A DNA stretch of 64,000 bases from an uncultured Acidobacteriota bacterium. Lineage in GTDB: Bacteria; Acidobacteriota; Vicinamibacteria; Fen-336. The stretch is taken from positions 1,312,001 to 1,376,000 of the forward strand of contig OY970399.1 of assembly GCA_963720545.1 (NCBI GenBank), written 5' to 3'. Numbering within the stretch: position 1 is the first letter of the stretch; each line of letters starts with the position of its first letter. Of the stretch, positions 33,552-42,706 are shown one piece after another. The notes under the pieces were generated by a model, which saw nothing but the letters and a program-made list of their open reading frames with translations, was not told the DNA's origin and did no database searches. Made by a program: the position numbers and the translations under genes.

Positions 33552-36245
33552 ATGAACTCCAGAATTCGCGCCTTTTCGCTGACGATCCTCGGGGCCTTCG
33601 CCCTTTCGGCCATGGTTACAGCACCGGCTTCGGCGGGCGGACCCATCGGCACCTGCGCCAGCGGCGTCCCCCAGAAGTGGGCAAACGGCGGCGTCGGCAT
33701 TCCCTTCAACCCCGATCAGGGCAACCTCGGGCCCAGCGACCACGCGACGGCGGTCGGCCAGCTGCAGGCGGCGTTCGACGTCTGGGGCGCCGTGCCCACG
33801 GCGACCGCGACCTACGTCAACGCCGGCGAGCTGCCCGTCGACGTCACGGTCGACAACTTCAATCCCTGGCTCAACCCGACGGCGCCCGACGGGCTGTCCG
33901 CCATCGTCTTCGACGACGACGGCCAGATCTTCGACCTGCTCTTCGGCCCCGGCTCCGGCATCCTCGGCTTCGCCGGCCCCGAGTGGGTGGACACCTCGAC
34001 GTGTACCGTCACCGAAGGCGTCTCGTTCCTGAACGGCCCGTCGTTCGACAACGTGCAGGCCGCGAAGGACGTCATGGTCCACGAGTTTGGTCACTACTCC
34101 GGCCTCGCGCACACCGTCGTCAACGGCCAGAACCTGGCCTTCGCCGATCCCACCGGCCCCGCCCCCGGCCCGGGCGCGGGCGACGCGCCGCTGACCGACA
34201 TCGAGACGATGTATCCCTTCTACTTCGGTCCGGGCTCGGGCTTCGACAGCGTCGCGAAGGACGACGAGTCGAGCCTTTCGGCGCTCTATCCCGAACCCTC
34301 GTTCGCGGCCACCACCGGCTCCATCGCCGGTACCGTGTACGCGCCGAACGGCACCACTCCGCTCACGGGCATCAACGTGATCGCCCGCAACCCGGCCAAT
34401 CCGTTCGTCGATGCGGTCTCGGCGCTCTCGGGCGACTACTCGTTCACCGCCGCGTCCGACGATCCCGCCGCCGGCAAGTACACGCTGCGCGGCCTGACAC
34501 CCGGCGCCAGCTACCTCGTCTACATCGACGGCATCCTGGCCGGCGGCTTCAGCACGACGCCGCGCTCGCTGCCCGGGCCCGAGGAGTACTACAACGGTGC
34601 CGCCGAAAGCGCCAGCAGCGCCACCGACGACCCGCAGGCCTCGACCGCCGTGGCCTCGGTCGCGGGTGTGCCGACGTCCGGCATCAACATCATCTCCAAC
34701 GCCTTCGCGCCCGGCCCCGTGCCGTTGGGCGACGACGCGTTCGTGGAGATCTTCCCGAAGAACAGGATCAACTTCTGCGGCATCGAGTTCGATTCGTTCT
34801 TCATCAACTCGAACGGCAGCGTCAGCTTCGGCGGCGGCGACGGCGGCTTCTTCGCCACCGACCAGGACTTCCTGATCGGTCCGCCGCGCGTGGCACCCTA
34901 CTGGACCGACCTCGTCCCCAACCTGGGCGGGACCGTCTCCTGGGGCCAGACCGCGAACGCAGTCACCGTTTCCTGGGACGGCGTGCCGTCGTTCGGCGGC
35001 GCCACGGGCACCGGTTCCAACACGTTCAGCGTGAAGCTGACCTCGGCCGGCCGCACGCCGGTTTCCCGCTTCACCAACAGCTACGGCGCCGTTTCCGCGC
35101 TCGACGGCATCGCCGGCTTCAGCTGCGGCGGGCGCTACACCTCCGGTTACGAGAAGACCACCGACATCGGCGCAACCTCGACCATCAACGCCAGGACCAA
35201 GTCGGCGCTTTGGGAGAAGTTCGCCGAGGGCGGCAATGCCTTCGACCTCGCGAACACGTCGCAGACCTACAACGGGCCCGGCGAGCCGCTGCGCGACGTG
35301 CTCGAGAACGGCAACAACATCGCGCAGAACGCGTATCCGATCTACCTGCCGTTCAACACGGTCGACCTGCAGACGCAGATCAGCCCGCTCGGCAACGACG
35401 TCGACTTCTACTGGTTCAACGCCAAGGCCGGCGACATCGTGGTCGCCGAACTGCTTCCCGGCAGCCCCAACACCGATTTGTACATGGGGCTCATCGTGAA
35501 GTCCGGCGGCAACTTCCAGATCCTCGCCACCTCCGATGACGAAGGCGCCGGGCTGCTGCCGCGGATGGCCTTCCAGATCGCGCAGGACGGCAAGTACTAC
35601 ATCGGCGTCACCGCCTTCGGCGACACCGGCTTCACCGGCGCCGGCACCGACTTCGGCCGCTACAACCTGAGCGTTGTCGGTTACCGCGGCAACCTGGTCT
35701 CGCTCGGCGACGACGACGCGCAGCGGCAGCCCTTCGGCTTCCGCTTCCCGTTCAACGGCGAAACCTACCCCGCTGCCTGGATCAACAGCAACGGCAACTT
35801 CACGTTCACCGGCGGCGATCGCGACTTCAGCGAGAGCGTCAGTGAATTCCTCGCCGGCCTGCCGCGGGTCGCACCGCTGTGGGACGACCTGTCGCCGCAG
35901 TTCGGCCTCGTCATCGCCGAACCCGCGACCGACAAGATGATCATCCACTTCGCGAGCGTGCCCGGGTTCTTCGACGACCGCCCGAACTCGTTCTCGACGG
36001 AGTTCAACAAGAACGGGCGCATCCGCGTCGGCTGGCAGGGTTCGTCCCGGCTCGGCGGCCTCGTCGGCGTCACCGCCGGCAACGGCGCTGCCGATCCCGG
36101 TCCGAGCGACCTCAGCACCATGGGCAGCTGGCCGGTGAACGGAACCACCTACCAGCTGTTCACGGGCGGCGTCATTCCGTTCTTCGTAGGCGCCGACTAC
36201 TCCGACTTCGACCTCTACTTCCGGACCCTGCTCTTCCGGCCGTAG
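33552..36245 (+). CDS. Secreted matrixin-like metzincin with carboxypeptidase-regulatory-like, two NIDO-like and one PPC-like domains
   Basis: Signal peptide; HEFGHYSGLAH zinc motif; TMYP Met-turn; repeated LGDD...INSNG..F..GD...PRVAP.W.DL; DVDFYWF...DDEG PPC-like segment. Confidence 0.82.
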   Translation: MNSRIRAFSLTILGAFALSAMVTAPASAGGPIGTCASGVPQKWANGGVGIPFNPDQGNLGPSDHATAVGQLQAAFDVWGAVPTATATYVNAGELPVDVTVDNFNPWLNPTAPDGLSAIVFDDDGQIFDLLFGPGSGILGFAGPEWVDTSTCTVTEGVSFLNGPSFDNVQAAKDVMVHEFGHYSGLAHTVVNGQNLAFADPTGPAPGPGAGDAPLTDIETMYPFYFGPGSGFDSVAKDDESSLSALYPEPSFAATTGSIAGTVYAPNGTTPLTGINVIARNPANPFVDAVSALSGDYSFTAASDDPAAGKYTLRGLTPGASYLVYIDGILAGGFSTTPRSLPGPEEYYNGAAESASSATDDPQASTAVASVAGVPTSGINIISNAFAPGPVPLGDDAFVEIFPKNRINFCGIEFDSFFINSNGSVSFGGGDGGFFATDQDFLIGPPRVAPYWTDLVPNLGGTVSWGQTANAVTVSWDGVPSFGGATGTGSNTFSVKLTSAGRTPVSRFTNSYGAVSALDGIAGFSCGGRYTSGYEKTTDIGATSTINARTKSALWEKFAEGGNAFDLANTSQTYNGPGEPLRDVLENGNNIAQNAYPIYLPFNTVDLQTQISPLGNDVDFYWFNAKAGDIVVAELLPGSPNTDLYMGLIVKSGGNFQILATSDDEGAGLLPRMAFQIAQDGKYYIGVTAFGDTGFTGAGTDFGRYNLSVVGYRGNLVSLGDDDAQRQPFGFRFPFNGETYPAAWINSNGNFTFTGGDRDFSESVSEFLAGLPRVAPLWDDLSPQFGLVIAEPATDKMIIHFASVPGFFDDRPNSFSTEFNKNGRIRVGWQGSSRLGGLVGVTAGNGAADPGPSDLSTMGSWPVNGTTYQLFTGGVIPFFVGADYSDFDLYFRTLLFRP

Positions 36246-36275
36246 CCGCTTCGTAGTCGTCACGCAACGTCGGTG

Positions 36276-36308
36276 AACGCCGTGGCCTGCGGGCCACGGC
36301 GTTTTTTT
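36276..36308 (+). terminator. Rho-independent terminator
   Basis: AACGCCGTGGCC-TGCG-GGCCACGGCGTT followed by a T tract. Confidence 0.9.
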
Positions 36309-36340
36309 CATTGCAGCGGAACTGGCAGAATGGGCCGCGC

Positions 36341-37951
36341 TTGACGAGGACCAGGAACACGCTCGCGCCGTGCGCCGTCTGCGGCACGCTCACCCCGATC
36401 ACCGAGCTGCGCGAAGCCGGCTGGGTCGCCCCGCAAACCGAAGAGCGGCTGCGCGAGCTGCGGCCGGGATGGTCGCGGGCGATGGGCGCCTGCGCAGCGT
36501 GCGTACAGAAGGCGCTGCTCTTCACCTTGTTCGGCCGCGGCGATGGCGCGGCCCTGCGCAGCGTGCAGAAGGCGTGGCCGATCGACGCCGAGATCACCTA
36601 CGGACCGCTGCCGACGCCGCTGCGGATGCGCGCCGATCCGCGCTTCACCGGCCGTGCCGTGACCATGGCGATGATCGACGCCGGCTTCTACCCGCACGCC
36701 GAGCTGGTGCGGCCGCGCAACCGCATCAGGGCCTGGGTCGATGCCGGCAGTGCCGAGGTGGCGGCCCACTATTTTTCCGCGAGCCGGCTGCCGCGTTGGC
36801 CAGGGTGGAACGAACGCGCGCCCCACCAGTGGCACGGCATGATGACCACGTGTTCGGCGGCCGGGAGCGGCCTGTTGTCGCACGGCTTCTACCGCGGCAT
36901 CGCTTCGGACGCCGAGCTGGTGCTGATCCAGGCGCGCAGCAGCGACGGGCGCATCGACAACGTCAACATCACGCGCGCCCTCGACTTCGTGCTCGAACAC
37001 CACCGCGCGCTCGACATCGACGTCGTCAACCTGTCGGTGGCCGGCGATCCGCTGCTTCCGGGAGAGCGCGAGACGGTCGACGAGGCGGTCGACGCGCTGG
37101 TGGCGGCCGGGGTCGTGGTGGTGGCAGCCGCCGGCAACAACGGCGAGCGCCGCCTGGTGCAGCCGGCAACGGCGCCGCTGGCGCTGACGATCGGCGGCCT
37201 CGACGACCACAACACCTTCGACCCGCACGACACCGAGGTCTGGCACAGCAACTACGGCGAAACCGGCGCAGGGGCCACCAAGCCGGAGCTGGTCGCGCCC
37301 AGCATCTGGGTGGTGGCGCCAATCCTGCCTGGCACCGGGATCGCCCGCGAAGCGCGTCGCCTGTTCTCCCGGCGCGCGCACGGCCGCGACAAGGCCGAGC
37401 CGCGCATCGCCGAGCTGAAGCTGGTGACGCCGCACTACCAACACGTCGAGGGCACGAGCTTCGCCGCGCCGATCGTGGCGAGCGTCATCGCCTGCATGCT
37501 GGAGGCCAACCCCAAGCTCACGCCGGGCCGCATCCGCGAGCTGCTCGGCAAGGCCGCCCACCTGGTGCCTGGCGCACCGGCCGAGCGCCAGGGCAGAGGC
37601 GCCCTCGATGCCGGGCGCGCGCTGCTGCTGGCACTCGCCGAGCACCACGGCCCCGCTGCTTCCTATGTCACCTCCCCGACCCAGTCGAACGGCGTCCTGT
37701 TGTTCCACCTGCACGACCATCAGGCGAGCGCGGTGCGCCTCGTCGGCAGCTGGAACGACTGGCGGCTGCCGGGCGAGGAAGCGCGGCAGGTCGAGCCCGG
37801 CCTGTGGGAGACGCGGCTCGCCGGCCTGCCGAAGGGCCGCTACGAATACCGCTTCGTGGTGGACGGCTGGCGCGTGATCCTCGATCCCGCGAATCCGATC
37901 CGCCGCGCCGATGGCCTGGGCGGCATGAACAGCGTGTTCGAGCGCGCCTGA
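36341..37951 (+). CDS. S8 subtilisin-like protease with C-terminal CBM48/AMPK-type glycogen-binding domain (start uncertain)
   Basis: IDAG (Asp), WHG (His), AAGNNG, GTSFAAP (Ser); C-terminal VRLVGSWNDW...GRYEYRFVVDG...DPANP...NSV. Confidence 0.88.
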   Translation: MTRTRNTLAPCAVCGTLTPITELREAGWVAPQTEERLRELRPGWSRAMGACAACVQKALLFTLFGRGDGAALRSVQKAWPIDAEITYGPLPTPLRMRADPRFTGRAVTMAMIDAGFYPHAELVRPRNRIRAWVDAGSAEVAAHYFSASRLPRWPGWNERAPHQWHGMMTTCSAAGSGLLSHGFYRGIASDAELVLIQARSSDGRIDNVNITRALDFVLEHHRALDIDVVNLSVAGDPLLPGERETVDEAVDALVAAGVVVVAAAGNNGERRLVQPATAPLALTIGGLDDHNTFDPHDTEVWHSNYGETGAGATKPELVAPSIWVVAPILPGTGIAREARRLFSRRAHGRDKAEPRIAELKLVTPHYQHVEGTSFAAPIVASVIACMLEANPKLTPGRIRELLGKAAHLVPGAPAERQGRGALDAGRALLLALAEHHGPAASYVTSPTQSNGVLLFHLHDHQASAVRLVGSWNDWRLPGEEARQVEPGLWETRLAGLPKGRYEYRFVVDGWRVILDPANPIRRADGLGGMNSVFERA

Positions 37952-37963
37952 CGGCGTTACCGA

Positions 37964-38641
37964 TCAGGCGACGGTCAGCGTGGCCGCGAGCGCGTGGCAA
38001 TGGCTCGAGGTCGCGACGCGGTAGCGCCTTGCGCCCGTGCCGGACGCAACGCGACGCGCCGTCTCCTTGATGAGGTCTACCGGGATCGTGCCCACGCCCC
38101 AGATGAGGTGCAGGCACGGAAACACGATCGCTCCGTCGAACCCCGCGGGGACCGACTCGAGGTCCGCGGCCAGGCTCCAGTCTTTCGCGGCGCCGGTGTG
38201 CGGGCAGAGCGCGGGCTCGATGCAGGTCAGGGGACAGGTCCAGGTCGCGTAGGACAGCGCCGTGTTGCCCGAGGACGTCTGGTGCTCGAAGGGCGTGCCC
38301 ACCGACGGCACCGGCCCGGCGCTTGCGACTTCGCGGCCCGCCTGCCGCAACCGGCGCGACAGCCACTCGACGAGCAGGTGCGGCGCCCAGTGGTACGGGA
38401 CGAGTTGCGAGCCCGCGGGCAGCGCCTCGAGGTTGCGATCGAGCCAGTCGTTCCATTCCACAGCCGAGATCGTCACGCGTTCGTCGGCGAGCGCCTTCGC
38501 CGCGCACGCTGGGTTGCGGTCGACCACCACGATCCGCTCGGTCGCTAGCCGCCCGGCGCGCACGGCGCGCAGCAGCTGGCGGACGTAGTACGCGCCGTCC
38601 ACTCCCCCGCCGATGACCGCGAACGTCGGCACCTCGAGCAC
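37964..38641 (-). CDS. Hypothetical protein with Rossmann-like N-terminus and Cys/His-rich C-terminus
   Basis: FAVIGGG..G, VVVDR; CPLTCIEPALCP, PCLH, SHCH; GTG start 7 nt after TAGCGT. Confidence 0.72.
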   Translation of the reverse strand: MLEVPTFAVIGGGVDGAYYVRQLLRAVRAGRLATERIVVVDRNPACAAKALADERVTISAVEWNDWLDRNLEALPAGSQLVPYHWAPHLLVEWLSRRLRQAGREVASAGPVPSVGTPFEHQTSSGNTALSYATWTCPLTCIEPALCPHTGAAKDWSLAADLESVPAGFDGAIVFPCLHLIWGVGTIPVDLIKETARRVASGTGARRYRVATSSHCHALAATLTVA

Positions 38642-38706
38642 TGCCTCAACGCTACCAGTCGCCGCCGCTACAATGGCTGCAGGAAGATGAAGCCGAGGAG
38701 GGCTCG

Positions 38707-40550
<1,844 letters not shown>

Positions 40551-40551
<1 letters not shown>

Positions 40552-40628
40552 TGCGCGCGCGTGCGGCGGCCGCACTCACGGTCGCCGCACCGCTGCTTCT
40601 GATCGGGTGCGCCGGCGCGCCGGTGTAA
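40551..40628 (+). pseudogene. Truncated lipoprotein remnant or micro-lipoprotein (25 aa)
   Basis: TGATG-coupled to M2; MRARAAAALTVAAPLLLIGC lipoprotein signal then stop five residues after the Cys. Confidence 0.45.
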
Positions 40629-40688
40629 CTCCGTCCGTCGAGCTTTTCGGTGCGCCGCGAGCCGTGCACGTTGGCCATCTTTTTTGGA

Positions 40689-40807
40689 CGTCTAGCAGTC
40701 AAAGTGCTGCTAGACAGCGTGAATGAGACACTCTTGCTGCTGACGCGAGCCCCTGCAGCGGTGGAACTGAGCCTTCGCGCCGTCTAGCAGTTAAAGTGCT
40801 GCTAGAC
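40689..40807. repeat. Two 27-bp direct repeats, each GTCTAGCAG-N8-CTGCTAGAC, separated by 65 bp
   Basis: 40689-40715 and 40781-40807 differ at one position (spacer TCAAAGTG vs TTAAAGTG). Confidence 0.95.
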
Positions 40808-40811
40808 GACC

Positions 40812-41175
40812 ATGGCGAAGTCCTACGAGGCCCTGAAGGAAGCCCTGCAGCAGCTTGGATACGTCCGTCCAGGCAGCGTGGTTGAGCGCTACATGTCGTG
40901 CGGCAAGCTGTCGTGCATATGCCTGGCGGATCCCGAGGACTATCACGGGCCCTACTACCAGTGGACGATGGCGGACTGGTGGCAAGACCAGGACCGTGCG
41001 GCTCGATGCGGAGCAGGCGCGGCTCTGCGAGGAGTGGGCCGCCAACCACAAGAAACTCAAGGCCATCGTCCGCGAGATGGAGGCGCTGTCGCTCGCCGAG
41101 ACCGATCGACTCCTCAAGGCCGTCCCGCGGCGGAAGGCCGCCCGTCGGCGGAAGGGCGCCGCGCGGCGGTCATGA
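40812..41175 (+). pseudogene. DUF6788-like protein with a +1 frameshift near 40968
   Basis: Frame 1: RPGSV..YMSCGKLSCIC...HGPYYQWT; next frame continues GGKTRTVRL..EQARLCEEWAANHKKLKAIVREMEALS. Confidence 0.7.
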
Positions 41176-42616
41176 GCGCCCAGTAGACGAGGCCGGCGGC
41201 GAAGAAGCCGACGAACCAGGCGTACGCGTAGAGCGGTTGCAGCGCCGGCACCACCAGCCCGCCCCAGGCGAGCGCACAGCCGATCGCGGTCGCGGCAATG
41301 GCGATCCAGTTCCAGCCGCTGCTGTAGCGATACTCCCCTTCCGGCAGGTACAGGTCCTCGAGTGCCAGCTCGCGGCGCCGCACCAGCCAGTAGTCGGCGA
41401 TCAGCACGCCGGCGATCGAACCCAGGCCGCCGGAGTAGCCGAGCAGCCAGTTGAAGATGTAACCCGACGGGTCGGCCAGGAGCTTCCACGGCTGCATCAG
41501 GATGCCGACGACGCCGGTGATCAGGCCGCCGGTCTTGAAGCGGATGGCGCGCGGAAAGGCGTTCGCGAAGTCGTTGGCGGGCGAAACAACGTTGGCGGCG
41601 ATATTGACCGCCAGGGTCGCGACCACCGCGGTGAACATCGACACGGCGACCACGACCGGCGAGCTGAAGTTCGAGACCAGCTCGATCGGATCCCAAATCG
41701 CATGGCCGTAGATGATGACGGTCGCGCTCGTGATCAGCACGCCCATGGCCGCGAACACCGACATGGTGGTGGGCAGCGCCGCCACCTGGCCCAGCGCCTG
41801 TTCGCGCTGGCTGCGCCCGAAGCGGGTGAAGTCCGGCATGTTGAGCGACAGCGTCGCCCAGTAACCGATCATCGCGGTGAGCGACGGGATGAAGACCGGG
41901 AAGAACTCGCGGAACGTCGGGAACTTCCCCGGCTGCGCGAGCAGCGGGCCGAGGCCGTCGGCCTTGCGCACCGCCCACACCAGCAGCACCGCGGTCATCA
42001 CCAGCACGAACGGCGCGGCCCAGTTCTCGACCCGCCGCAGCAGGTCCATGCCGCTGTAGATGATCGCGATGTTCATGCCCCAGAAGAGCAGGAAGCACAG
42101 CCAGGCGGTGGTGCTGTGCCCGGCCCAGCCGGGGCCGAGCAGGCCGCGCCAACCGGGGATCAGGGTCGCGAACAGGGTGTGCAGCGCCTCGCCGCCGATC
42201 CACGCCTGGATGCCGAACCAGCCGCACGCCACCAGCGCCCGCATCAGCGCCGGCACGTTCGAGCCGATGGTGCCGTAAGCGGCGCGGGCGAAGACCGGGA
42301 ACGGGATGCCGTATTTGGTGCCGGGGTGCGAGTTGAGCAGGATCGGCGCCAGCACGATTGTGTTGCCCAGCAGGATGGTGAAGAGCGCCTGCGCCCAGCT
42401 CATGCCGGCGGCCATCAGCCCCGAGGCCAGCATGTAGGTCGGTATGCAGTGCGCCATGCTGACCCAGAGCGCCGCGTAGTTGTACGTGCTCCAGTTGCGG
42501 TCGCGCATCGGCACGGGCGCGAGGTCGAGGTTCGCGAGCGAGCTGGCTTCGATGCGGCCGGTGTCGCGCAGCTCGACGCGGCCGTCGGCGTGCCGGATTT
42601 CGTTGGCCGATGCCAT
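41114..42616 (-). CDS. NCS1 nucleobase:cation symporter-1
   Basis: ~12 TM; YGIPFPVFARAAYG, WFGIQ, DFTRF, NIAANVVSPA. Confidence 0.95.
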   Translation of the reverse strand: MASANEIRHADGRVELRDTGRIEASSLANLDLAPVPMRDRNWSTYNYAALWVSMAHCIPTYMLASGLMAAGMSWAQALFTILLGNTIVLAPILLNSHPGTKYGIPFPVFARAAYGTIGSNVPALMRALVACGWFGIQAWIGGEALHTLFATLIPGWRGLLGPGWAGHSTTAWLCFLLFWGMNIAIIYSGMDLLRRVENWAAPFVLVMTAVLLVWAVRKADGLGPLLAQPGKFPTFREFFPVFIPSLTAMIGYWATLSLNMPDFTRFGRSQREQALGQVAALPTTMSVFAAMGVLITSATVIIYGHAIWDPIELVSNFSSPVVVAVSMFTAVVATLAVNIAANVVSPANDFANAFPRAIRFKTGGLITGVVGILMQPWKLLADPSGYIFNWLLGYSGGLGSIAGVLIADYWLVRRRELALEDLYLPEGEYRYSSGWNWIAIAATAIGCALAWGGLVVPALQPLYAYAWFVGFFAAGLVYWALMTAARRPSADGRPSAAGRP

Positions 42617-42638
42617 CAGGCGCGGATGTTAGCAGCGG

Positions 42639-42668
42639 CAAAAAGAAAGGGGCCCGGAGGCCCCCTTT
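42639..42668 (-). terminator. Rho-independent terminator after the TonB receptor
   Basis: Minus strand AAAGGGGGCC-TCCG-GGCCCCTTT then CTTTTT. Confidence 0.75.
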
Positions 42669-42706
42669 GGTCTTGCTTACCAAAGGCCGCTATCGCGGCC
42701 GTCGGG

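Noticed and set aside
40689..40807. CRISPR array interpretation of the twin repeats
   Set aside because: Only two repeats, a 65-bp spacer longer than typical, and no cas genes in the window; kept as an unexplained repeat instead.
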